From Methanothrix sp. (GTDB taxonomy: Archaea; Halobacteriota; Methanosarcinia; Methanotrichales; Methanotrichaceae): a DNA stretch of 64,000 bases. A model generated the notes under the pieces. The model was given only the letters and a program-made list of their open reading frames with translations, was not told the origin of the DNA and did not search any database. The stretch is from the NCBI GenBank assembly GCA_037128175.1, contig JBAXWY010000003.1:64001-128000 (forward strand), given 5' to 3'. The position numbers and the translations under genes are program-made. Positions within the stretch are counted from its first letter, which is position 1. The number at the start of each line of letters is the position of its first letter. Below are positions 50,841 through 60,110 of this stretch, in pieces.

Positions 50841-51230
50841 ATGATTTACATAGCGCTAACGGGATTGGCAAGACATGTGATGAATGAGCTTACTGCAGCT
50901 CGGGTCAGGACAGTGGAGATTCGTAGCCCCAACAACTTCTTTACGCTTTTGCGTGTTCAGCCGGGAGACCGGATCTTTCTTACACAGTCCAGTGCCCCGG
51001 ATATAGTTCCAGGAACTGGGGGGCTCATCGCCAGCATAAGAGCTCTACAGATCATTACCCATCGCACAGTTCAATCAAACGAGGACTACTACGAAGAGCG
51101 TGAGTCTCAGGCGGCAAGAGTACAACTGCAACTTGTGGCCGTGGGCCGGGTGAGAAAGATCACCAACTTTGAGCCCGGCACGCCACTCATGCTGGATGTG
51201 GATGAGGTGAGGTACTGCGACGCGCGCTGA
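50841..51230 (+). CDS. DUF473 family protein
   Basis: ALTGLA, RTVEIRSPNN, YYEERE; adjacent to PAC2. Confidence 0.8.
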   Translation: MIYIALTGLARHVMNELTAARVRTVEIRSPNNFFTLLRVQPGDRIFLTQSSAPDIVPGTGGLIASIRALQIITHRTVQSNEDYYEERESQAARVQLQLVAVGRVRKITNFEPGTPLMLDVDEVRYCDAR

Positions 51231-51256
51231 GATTGGTTAACTCTGCCAAGAAGATC

Positions 51257-51309
51257 ATAACCAACAGCTAGCGACTATTCCACCACAGAGACACAGAGGA
51301 CGCATAGAG
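51257..51309. repeat. CACAGAG-family palindrome, half copy 3
   Basis: ATAACCAACAGCTAGCGACTATTCCACCACAGAGACACAGAGGACGCATAGAG; near reverse complement of 63312-63373. Confidence 0.8.
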
Positions 51310-51444
51310 TTTCCTTTAAAAAGTGGAAATCGCGAAGATCCGTCACTATTTTTTTCGCAATTTTCCCATGGGAAACTGAATTTTGACGTCCATAGATTCT
51401 TGTTTCCCATCCGCCCGTGTGACCCCCTGCCTGGGCTCATGGGC

Positions 51445-53839
51445 GTTTCAATCCCTGTCGAGTTTTCAAGTGCGCTGCAACCTCCCTTTGGCAAGCGAGG
51501 CCATTTCCACGAGTTTCAATCCCTGTCGGGTTTTCAAGTGCGCTGCAACTGCAATCGCTTTACTCGCGGCGGAAAGTGCATCACAGTTTCAATCCCTGTC
51601 GGGTTTTCAAGTGCGCTGCAACCCAGCTCAAGACATGGTTGGGCTACTTCTGGAAATCGTTTCAATCCCTGTCGGGTTTTCAAGTGCGCTGCAACGGAAG
51701 GCTCTTTGTCCCAGCCTGCACCGACTCCTGCTGGTTTCAATCCCTGTCGGGTTTTCAAGTGCGCTGCAACCGCTGACTCGGGCGAGTCCTGCCCATCCAA
51801 CCGGGCTGTTTCAATCCCTGTCGGGTTTTCAAGTGCGCTGCAACTCTGCAAGCTCGATATTCTCAACAGGCAGCCAAGAACGTTTCAATCCCTGTCGGGT
51901 TTTCAAGTGCGCTGCAACTACATCGGAGATGGAGGAAAGATCAGAGAATAGCGAGTTTCAATCCCTGTCGGGTTTTCAAGTGCGCTGCAACTAGACACTG
52001 GCAATGCTAACGGTTACGATCTGATCTAGTTTCAATCCCTGTCGGGTTTTCAAGTGCGCTGCAACTCATGGCCGTTATTAGTCAGAAGGGCGGAAACATA
52101 ATGTTTCAATCCCTGTCGGGTTTTCAAGTGCGCTGCAACTATCCGGTTCTCGCCTACTACTAGATCAGCATGGGCGTTTCAATCCCTGTCGGGTTTTCAA
52201 GTGCGCTGCAACACTCTTCTGCGATATTTAAGACCACTAGAAGAGCATCGTTTCAATCCCTGTCGGGTTTTCAAGTGCGCTGCAACTTCTGGGGCCAAAT
52301 CCATCATTGGCTGTGGCGTCATCGGTTTCAATCCCTGTCGGGTTTTCAAGTGCGCTGCAACGGAATATGATTGGCAAAGCCTTTACCAACAGAACCGTTT
52401 CAATCCCTGTCGGGTTTTCAAGTGCGCTGCAACAGATGCAGATACCTCGTTTAAGTGTTACGACAACATCGTTTCAATCCCTGTCGGGTTTTCAAGTGCG
52501 CTGCAACAGGCGTCGGTGGATCGGTAACTGGAAACACAATGACAGTTTCAATCCCTGTCGGGTTTTCAAGTGCGCTGCAACTATGTGAAGCTATAGCCAC
52601 ATGCGCTATATGTGGCCGGTTTCAATCCCTGTCGGGTTTTCAAGTGCGCTGCAACGGAGAAGCAGATAGCAGAGATCGATATTGGTCAAAGTTTCAATCC
52701 CTGTCGGGTTTTCAAGTGCGCTGCAACAATGCGGTTGCCATACCGTCAAGCACCTGGTATAACAGTTTCAATCCCTGTCGGGTTTTCAAGTGCGCTGCAA
52801 CTATCAATGACCGTGATAACCAACCAGCAATCCATAGGTTTCAATCCCTGTCGGGTTTTCAAGTGCGCTGCAACGACTGGAAATATTGCCGTCAATGATG
52901 GACTCTGGCATGTTTCAATCCCTGTCGGGTTTTCAAGTGCGCTGCAACCTTTCCACGTGTGGTCCGAGGGCGTATAGATATGCTGGTTTCAATCCCTGTC
53001 GGGTTTTCAAGTGCGCTGCAACCGTGATGGTCGGCTCCACCGCTGGCCAGTATTCCGCCGTTTCAATCCCTGTCGGGTTTTCAAGTGCGCTGCAACTGCC
53101 GCCAGCGAATTGATTTGGGATTGCAATTCATCGCTGTTTCAATCCCTGTCGGGTTTTCAAGTGCGCTGCAACAAACGTGGTTGGCGGGGTCGTCGGGAAT
53201 GCCCAGAGCATGTTTCAATCCCTGTCGGGTTTTCAAGTGCGCTGCAACGGCAGGAGTCGGTGTCCGGCTAGTGGTGAGGGGATGGGTTTCAATCCCTGTC
53301 GGGTTTTCAAGTGCGCTGCAACGCTATCTCATCAGGATGGTTGGGCGGATCAACCAGAGTTTCAATCCCTGTCGGGTTTTCAAGTGCGCTGCAACTCTAT
53401 CCTCACGAAACGTAGGTCGTCTCTTTGTAGTTGGTTTCAATCCCTGTCGGGTTTTCAAGTGCGCTGCAACTACATCGAAGATGTCTTTGACCATCGAGCC
53501 ATTCTAGTTTCAATCCCTGTCGGGTTTTCAAGTGCGCTGCAACACAAATGGCAAGCCACATGGGCTATAGGCCTATGAGATGTTTCAATCCCTGTCGGGT
53601 TTTCAAGTGCGCTGCAACACAAAAGTCCAGGTGGATTGCGTTGGCTATTCGATGTTTCAATCCCTGTCGGGTTTTCAAGTGCGCTGCAACATCACAGTGA
53701 TCGATGCAGGCGGGGCAGATGTCTATACGTTTCAATCCCTGTCGGGTTTTCAAGTGCGCTGCAACATTGCTACCGGCAGAATAGGTGCCATTGATTATAT
53801 GCGTTTCAATCCCTGTCGGGTTTTCAAGTGCGCTGCAAC
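51445..53839 (-). CRISPR. CRISPR array: 33 repeats of 37 bp and 32 spacers (about 31-39 bp)
   Basis: Plus-strand repeat GTTTCAATCCCTGTCGGGTTTTCAAGTGCGCTGCAAC, counted by hand. The repeat at 51445 carries a G>A variant (trailer end) and the minus-strand repeat ends ATTGAAAC, so transcription runs from the cas2 side. Confidence 0.98.
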
Positions 53840-53950
53840 TGCGGGTCAAAAATGGTCCTTTTACCCTAAAAACCTTTCTAAAAGCCCGAAAATCAACCCC
53901 TAAAAAATGGACCTCTGGCGTACCAGGCCTTTATAAAGGTCCATGTAAAA
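53840..53950 (-). promoter_or_regulatory. CRISPR leader with TATA-like box
   Basis: Non-coding, A/T tracts, palindromic CCTTTATAAAGG at 53928-53939. Confidence 0.75.
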
Positions 53951-54217
53951 CTAGATCACATTCGACTTCTTCTCGGGCATCTTCAGCCCAAGATCGGTAA
54001 TTGCACCCACACAGCGCTCGCAAAGCACATAGATGCGTACTTTGTCACCTGCACCAATCTCCGCCTTAATATCATCTTCCATCTGCAGCCGCTGAATGTC
54101 GCTGATCTCCAGCTCGAAGACGCTGTATTGCTTCCAGGCTCCATAGCTCTCCAGGATCTTGAAGACTCTGGTGCGGGTGCGATTATCGCTAATATCGTAG
54201 GTGATGGCAAGTCTCAT
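53951..54217 (-). CDS. cas2: CRISPR-associated Cas2
   Basis: ITYDISD, QYSVFE, LCERC. Confidence 0.97.
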   Translation of the reverse strand: MRLAITYDISDNRTRTRVFKILESYGAWKQYSVFELEISDIQRLQMEDDIKAEIGAGDKVRIYVLCERCVGAITDLGLKMPEKKSNVI

Positions 54218-55206
54218 CTTTTAAACACCAGCGGATAATATTCCTTCAGCTCACCGGTTATCGCCTTTCGAAGCAGTATGGCCTGCAAACGTACCGCCTT
54301 GCGGCGTGTTACAGTGTATTCGAATCTGGGATGAGTGAACTCCTCTTGCATGTAGTCGTCGAACTTCTCCAGGTAGATCTTGAAGGCGTAATCCTTGAGG
54401 TGATTGTCGGCTCCAAAGTCCTCATGCTTGAGCATGATCTTGTTGATCAGTCGGAGAGTAAAGGCATCGCAGAAGATGGGCCGAAACTCCTCTTGCAGGT
54501 CGAGCGCGAGCGCGGGCCGCCCGTGCCTGTCCGCGTGCAGGATGCCCAGGAACGGGTCCAGGTTGTACTGGCGCAGAGCACTCAAGACCTCGTTTTTCAT
54601 CATGCTGTAGGTAAGGGAAAGAAGCGCGTTGATGTGGTCCTCCGGGGGCCGACGTGTGCGCTTCTCGAAGGTCCAGCCTTCGGCCAGGCAGCCGTTCAAA
54701 AGGCCGAAGTAGATCTCCGCCGCTTCGCCCTCCATGCCTCGCAGCATGTCCAGGTCGCGGGCCTTGGCCGTCTGCTCCTCCAGTTCTGCCAATCGGCCGT
54801 TGTCGGGCACGTCTTTACGGATGAGCAGGGTGCGCGAGTTTCTGATCTTACCCCGGATGATCTCTTTGGCGATCTTCAGGCTCTCTTTCTCGGTGAGGGC
54901 ATACTGGCGGCGGCGCACCTCGGCGATGGTGTTCTTTTCCGGCACAAAGCTGCCCCGGTAGCGGCCGTTCTGGGTGAAGTAGTTGAGCACTATGCCGTGC
55001 TCGTTGGCCCGCGCCACAAAGGGCGTGGTGAAGTTGATGTTGCCGAAGATGTTGATGGTGTCCACCTGGCCCATGGGAAAGGAGGCGATCTCCCCCTCGC
55101 CCCTCATGGCTACTACTATCCTGCCGCCGTCCACACCCACCTGGGAGCCCTGCTTGGTGACATAAACCACGCTGTCGTCGAAGATGCCTTCACTCTCTTT
55201 GCTCAT
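54214..55206 (-). CDS. cas1: CRISPR-associated Cas1
   Basis: GMEGEAA, NALLSLTY, GILH, LALDLQEEFR; start at ATG 55206 overlapping the cas4 stop (ATGA). Confidence 0.96.
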   Translation of the reverse strand: MSKESEGIFDDSVVYVTKQGSQVGVDGGRIVVAMRGEGEIASFPMGQVDTINIFGNINFTTPFVARANEHGIVLNYFTQNGRYRGSFVPEKNTIAEVRRRQYALTEKESLKIAKEIIRGKIRNSRTLLIRKDVPDNGRLAELEEQTAKARDLDMLRGMEGEAAEIYFGLLNGCLAEGWTFEKRTRRPPEDHINALLSLTYSMMKNEVLSALRQYNLDPFLGILHADRHGRPALALDLQEEFRPIFCDAFTLRLINKIMLKHEDFGADNHLKDYAFKIYLEKFDDYMQEEFTHPRFEYTVTRRKAVRLQAILLRKAITGELKEYYPLVFKR

Positions 55207-55796
55207 GCTTCTCGCTTCTCCTTTGCGTTTTCTCCTTCCAGCATTCTCGTCTCCTCGGGCAGGCAGTACTGTACTGTGCTGCACTTCTCGCACTTTTTGG
55301 GGTTATCGGCAAAGTCGGGGATCTTGTCCAGGCTCATGTTACGGATGGCCTCCACCACTTCCAGAACTTTATTTCTGTGCCAGTCGGTAATAGTAATAGC
55401 ATAGCGTTCATTGGTGCCGAAGAGGTAGAGGTAGCCCAGGCGCACCGGCTCGTCCAGGTAATCTTCGAGCAGCATGCAGTAGGCAGCGAGCTGGACCTCG
55501 TCGTTGTCGAAAAATGAGGTGCCGTGCTTGCGCTCCACTGGCGTCAGCTTGGTCTTTCCTTCCAGGAGATCGATCTTGCCGTGCAGGTGGAGCTTCTCCG
55601 ACCGCAGGTACATCTCCCGGTACCACTGGCCCCGGCGGCTCTGGTGGGCGTGCTTCGAGCGGCCATCTGCCAGTACGAAGTTCAGGCCCTGGGTGTGGTA
55701 GAACATCAGGTAGTAGAGCCGGCGGGGGCAGTAGAGGTACTGGTTGAGGTCGGAGGTGTTGACGAGGGGGAGGTCGCTTTCCATAATCATCCTCAC
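55203..55796 (-). CDS. cas4: CRISPR-associated Cas4
   Basis: YCPRR, GKID, PVERK, QLAAY, KCEKCSTVQYC Fe-S cysteines. Confidence 0.96.
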   Translation of the reverse strand: MRMIMESDLPLVNTSDLNQYLYCPRRLYYLMFYHTQGLNFVLADGRSKHAHQSRRGQWYREMYLRSEKLHLHGKIDLLEGKTKLTPVERKHGTSFFDNDEVQLAAYCMLLEDYLDEPVRLGYLYLFGTNERYAITITDWHRNKVLEVVEAIRNMSLDKIPDFADNPKKCEKCSTVQYCLPEETRMLEGENAKEKREA

Positions 55797-57859
55797 TTTG
55801 CAGATAGTCTCTCATGAATTACACAATCAACATAGATTGCATCCAGACCTATTGCCAGACTTCCATCTTTAAAATTAGTTAAAAATATATAATCATCAAT
55901 ATCATATAATTTCTTGGATACTTTGCCCGTGTTTGGAAGGTATCTACAAAATAATCCAGCCGCTTTAATATTATTTACGATCCGGGATATATCCAAATGG
56001 TCATTGGGATTATTGTAATTCTTCACTATGGGCAATATTCCATAGATCTTCCCAGGTCGGCGTTCTTCCTCAGGTAGATCCATTTGTTCTGGATTTCGAC
56101 CCGCGAAGGATACATGTCTGGGTTTATCAATTAAATTGTTGATTCTCGCATAGCCAAAAACTCTTTTTGATACCTCTTCAATCTTTTTATGGTGCTCTTC
56201 AGGGACCATTTTTATAAATTGTTTTTTTGAGAAAACATCCATATTCGCCCAACGCATTAGGAAAAACGCATTATATGTGCCGAATTTATTATTTGCTGAA
56301 TCATAATATGCGATGTCGATCCCATTGCCTCTAAAACTACTAAGCTCATCCATCAGTTCGAGCAATTCAGATTTCGTGGATTTCTCTAGATATCCTACAC
56401 TATCTCTAATTTTTCCGCTATCCATCTCAACATCCGCAAAATAGTGCTCTCGAATAAGTTCTAAGCCACTGCTGAAATAATTGTCTCTTTTATCGGAGGG
56501 CAAACCTCCTGTTAATGGTGGGAACTTATGATCATTTCGTATGCTTTTTGCCTCATCTACACCAATGCCATATGCATTTTTATAGATATATTCATATGCT
56601 TCAAGATATCCGTATCTCCAACGGAAATTGCCCTCGATTTTAGGGTCATTCATGGTCTTTCGAAGATTCTCCTCTAATTGCTGGCGGGATAGTCGTTCAA
56701 AATTCTTAAAATGGTCCACTACGCCTGACGGCGCAAAACATATTGACTTATACTCCACACCTTGCATGGGATTTCTAAGCCTTCCAAATCGCTGCAAGAA
56801 CTCGCTAACATTATGGCCAGAAAAAACTAAACGCTGAATCGCAGAATCGCCTTTAAAATCAATTCCTACTTCTACGGCTTTGTTTCCAACCAAAACATCA
56901 AAGGAGTCTGCCATAGAGTCCCTTCTTAGGCCACTTCGTTCACAGACGTTCCAGCAGGTCTCTTTGCGAAGTACATCGCTGATAAGAGTAACCTCGTGAG
57001 CACTGTCAAATATAATTGCCATTCGATTGTTGTCTTTGAATTTCTGAAGCCAACTTAGATCGGCTAATAACATTTCTCCTGCCATGAAACGAGGTGCATG
57101 GCGAAATTCAAGTTCAACCCTTGGCATAATGGACTTTTCATCTATAATTTTGCAGTCTATAGTGCTTTTTTCAGTATCAACAAGTGTTCCTCCAAGAACG
57201 TTTTTTATTTTTGATTCTATATTTTCATTGGGTGTTGCACTCAGAAAAATGAATTTCCGCATAGCTGTGCCTTCAGTAGAAAGGATATCGTGCAACATGA
57301 AAAGAATTATGTCTGATTGACGCATGTCGTACAGGTGAAACTCATCGAAAACTACAGTATTAATTAGGCCCTTGAAGACTGAATTGATATATTTATCATA
57401 ATAATATCCTTTTAGTGCATATATAAAAATATCTGGGTTTGTTACGATGATACCTCCGCTCTGTCGATCCATTTTACGTACTATTTCAGTCAGAATCTCG
57501 CCCTTGGTCATCCTGTAGGATCGCTTATCTTTCATCAGGCCTAAAGTTTCCGCAGTTACAAATTCTATTTGCTTGTTGGATTTTAAAGTGTCTCTAAGAT
57601 TTGTAAGGGATCGATATTGGTCTTCTGCCAATGCATTAGTTGGATAAAGAGCGATTACGACGCCCAAGTCGTTCTCCTTCAGAGCAGGGACTGCCCAAGC
57701 ATCCGTTTTCCCGGAACCTGTTGGTGACGTTATAAAAAGAAAGAACTCCTCAGAATTGCGTATCGTATCCCTTGCAATGATCTGATGCTTAAACGGCAAA
57801 TGATCGCCAATCAATGGTTCGTCATCATATCGAGGAATGGAAAGTTCGTCGATAATCAA
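55793..57859 (-). CDS. cas3: Type I-D Cas3' helicase (no HD domain)
   Basis: PTGSGKT, YPTNAL, DEFH, LSAT, EVGIDF, QRFGR. Confidence 0.92.
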   Translation of the reverse strand: MIIDELSIPRYDDEPLIGDHLPFKHQIIARDTIRNSEEFFLFITSPTGSGKTDAWAVPALKENDLGVVIALYPTNALAEDQYRSLTNLRDTLKSNKQIEFVTAETLGLMKDKRSYRMTKGEILTEIVRKMDRQSGGIIVTNPDIFIYALKGYYYDKYINSVFKGLINTVVFDEFHLYDMRQSDIILFMLHDILSTEGTAMRKFIFLSATPNENIESKIKNVLGGTLVDTEKSTIDCKIIDEKSIMPRVELEFRHAPRFMAGEMLLADLSWLQKFKDNNRMAIIFDSAHEVTLISDVLRKETCWNVCERSGLRRDSMADSFDVLVGNKAVEVGIDFKGDSAIQRLVFSGHNVSEFLQRFGRLRNPMQGVEYKSICFAPSGVVDHFKNFERLSRQQLEENLRKTMNDPKIEGNFRWRYGYLEAYEYIYKNAYGIGVDEAKSIRNDHKFPPLTGGLPSDKRDNYFSSGLELIREHYFADVEMDSGKIRDSVGYLEKSTKSELLELMDELSSFRGNGIDIAYYDSANNKFGTYNAFFLMRWANMDVFSKKQFIKMVPEEHHKKIEEVSKRVFGYARINNLIDKPRHVSFAGRNPEQMDLPEEERRPGKIYGILPIVKNYNNPNDHLDISRIVNNIKAAGLFCRYLPNTGKVSKKLYDIDDYIFLTNFKDGSLAIGLDAIYVDCVIHERLSAK

Positions 57860-58632
57860 TTTCGCATCCTCCTAAGAAAACGCACATTTATTGGCAGTAC
57901 ATCTTTAGAACCCAATTTTATATATTTGCCGGAGAAACGTCCTTTCTGGAGGACATCAAATGGTTGCATCCTCTTGAATGATATATCTCCCAAGGGAACT
58001 GATTCAAGGTCATCGATGAGTACAGGATGTGTTGTTTTGTATTCACCGTCTGAAATGGATGCAACTACTTCTTCCCACTCTACCAGTGCTTTGCATCTTT
58101 TTTTGCCAAGCCGCACGTATGAAGGCATATCCGGCTTGGACCCATCGAAGGTCAGCACATAGAATAGGAACCTTGCTCCCGGTTGAATTTGCTTCCTGGC
58201 ACTATAGCGTCCCGTGGGAGTGTTGGCATCAGAATCTGCATTTGATAGGTTGTTGGATTGCACATAGTCATCGCTCCGCGAGTTATTTAATTCGGTCGTG
58301 AATTCTGGTTTATTGATTACTTTCGCAGGGGTCACATAGACCGTCTCAAAGAGCGACTCTGTATCGACAATATATGTCGGATTTTGTTTTACTGAACCAC
58401 GACCCTTTTTTGCAGGAAAATTTATATAATTTCCTTTGGCATATCCAAGAGCATAGTATAACGCAGTGTTAAGGATAATCGGCTCAGTCGTGAAGTTATC
58501 TCCTGGTTCCACTGATGCAAAGTATAGCTCGCTCATAAGCTCTAGCGTACCTTTAAACGCTCGAATTCCATTTTTATGTGGTAGTAGGCTACTACTACCA
58601 CTTCTGGATGTCGGATTAGCACATGAAGACAT
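57856..58632 (-). CDS. csc1: Type I-D Cas5 (Csc1)
   Basis: YFAS.E, ILNTALYYALG, PSYVRLGKKR. Confidence 0.88.
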   Translation of the reverse strand: MSSCANPTSRSGSSSLLPHKNGIRAFKGTLELMSELYFASVEPGDNFTTEPIILNTALYYALGYAKGNYINFPAKKGRGSVKQNPTYIVDTESLFETVYVTPAKVINKPEFTTELNNSRSDDYVQSNNLSNADSDANTPTGRYSARKQIQPGARFLFYVLTFDGSKPDMPSYVRLGKKRCKALVEWEEVVASISDGEYKTTHPVLIDDLESVPLGDISFKRMQPFDVLQKGRFSGKYIKLGSKDVLPINVRFLRRMRN

Positions 58633-58642
58633 TTTGATCTCT

Positions 58643-59674
58643 CTAAGCGCTTAAAAATGTGCCTATCTTTGCAATTTGGTCCGACAGTATTGATTGAATC
58701 ACCTTGTCGTCGCGAATATCTTCAAGAATTTTCGAACTCTGGGCTTCATCAAATTTTAAATAATCGATGCGTTGTTTGTTAGAAAGCGATTCAAATACCT
58801 TTGTTGCCACAGCCTTAATCTCATCCGTAGACAACGTATCTCGATACATGACTTCTTTCAGCCGTTCATCAATGTTTTTGCTATAGTTTGTGTCATTTTC
58901 ATCGAGTCCCTGCTTAGCAAGCGTGAGGGCAATCTCTCTGGCTACCTCCAGGCTTGAAGGACCTTCTCGATGGCCAGCGTAAATGCCAAGTATATGATTT
59001 TGAGTCTTTCCGAAACGTGTTGATGTTGCTCCATAGCGCGAATTTCTGTCGGTTACATTTAGGAAGAATAATACCTCTTCAGCGGTTACATCTTTAAGAG
59101 TGACCACGCAAGGGAATAGAGTACCTTCCTTAAAGAAATCTGGTTCACGAATCGCAGAAGTAGCTTCTTTCGCATAATCATCTCCCGGTGCGTTCTGGAA
59201 AAACTCATCTACGATTGCACTCAGTGCTCTTATGGTGTATGACTCATCATACATAACTCGCGAAGTTATGCTCATGCCTCCCTCTGAGGCAGCACTTCCG
59301 AATAGTGCACACTCTGGGCATCTCTGGCACATTTCGTTTACTTTCATGGTACAGCCTTTCCAACCTTTTTTGTCCATGACTTTACCCATTTCATCAGAGA
59401 TTAGCGTGCGCTGAAGCGCTTTAGCCTTTCTTCGGTCGCTAGCCACCTGTTTGCGGCCAAATAGCTTTCCTACGGTTTCTTCAATGCCTCCGACACGGAC
59501 CACTGCTGAATTAGCTTCTATTCCGTCAGTCGTAAAACGGGCTGCACTTTTTAGTTCTCTTAATATCAATACGCTTACGTAATTCTCTTTTGGTTTCTTT
59601 TCTGGTTTTTCCAGTGTGAATGGCTTTAAAGCGTTTTTAAATTCAGTTAAGCTCATTTTCTCAGTGTCACTCAT
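58643..59674 (-). CDS. csc2: Type I-D Cas7 (Csc2)
   Basis: RKQVASDRR, C..CPECALFGSA, SRVMYD, RYGATSTR. Confidence 0.92.
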   Translation of the reverse strand: MSDTEKMSLTEFKNALKPFTLEKPEKKPKENYVSVLILRELKSAARFTTDGIEANSAVVRVGGIEETVGKLFGRKQVASDRRKAKALQRTLISDEMGKVMDKKGWKGCTMKVNEMCQRCPECALFGSAASEGGMSITSRVMYDESYTIRALSAIVDEFFQNAPGDDYAKEATSAIREPDFFKEGTLFPCVVTLKDVTAEEVLFFLNVTDRNSRYGATSTRFGKTQNHILGIYAGHREGPSSLEVAREIALTLAKQGLDENDTNYSKNIDERLKEVMYRDTLSTDEIKAVATKVFESLSNKQRIDYLKFDEAQSSKILEDIRDDKVIQSILSDQIAKIGTFLSA

Positions 59675-60110
59675 GATTTGCCTCCTGTCCTCTCAATGAT
59701 TCAACTTCGGCTTTTGCGGCTTTAAAAGCAGCATCCCTCTGGTAAAGGGTAGCTGCATAAAATCCATCGGAAAGATCATTGGACTTCTGCTTCAGTTTCC
59801 CTGGTTGGCCATCTGCTATTTTATAAAAAGCCAGGTCTACAAATGATTCAGCAAATCTTAATGTCCTCTCTGGATGATACATTCCCGATTTATAGTAAAA
59901 TTGATCATCACCCGCACGCCGCATCATCTTCAATAGACTTCCTGCCACAGCGTCAACATAATCTTCTCGCTTGAAGTCGCCGTGTTTTTTAGCTTTAATT
60001 GCCTTCACTGATTCTCTAAACAATCTTTCTATTCGATGAGGCTCGTAGCCTTTTGGTATTGCAACTTTTAAACCAAGATCAGCAAGTTCGTGAATTGAAT
60101 TCGCGGTCAT
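59667..60110 (-). CDS. cas11d: Cas11d small subunit from an internal in-frame start within cas10d (147 aa)
   Basis: Minus-strand GGAGG (60118-60122) lies 7 nt before in-frame ATG 60110 (MTANSIHELADLG...); internal translation of Cas11d is established for type I-D. Confidence 0.75.
   Translation of the reverse strand: MTANSIHELADLGLKVAIPKGYEPHRIERLFRESVKAIKAKKHGDFKREDYVDAVAGSLLKMMRRAGDDQFYYKSGMYHPERTLRFAESFVDLAFYKIADGQPGKLKQKSNDLSDGFYAATLYQRDAAFKAAKAEVESLRGQEANHE

Noticed and set aside
51362-51375. Perfect palindrome TTTCCCATGGGAAA past the array trailer
   Set aside because: Isolated and loopless; cannot be assigned as terminator or operator
51383-54000. Many ORFs with repeating FQSLSGFQVRCN / FNPCRVFKCAAT / VSIPVGFSSALQ peptides
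   Set aside because: Translations of CRISPR repeats, not genes
54331-55404. 357-aa plus-strand ORF
   Set aside because: Antisense to cas1/cas4; explained by their GC-rich codon bias
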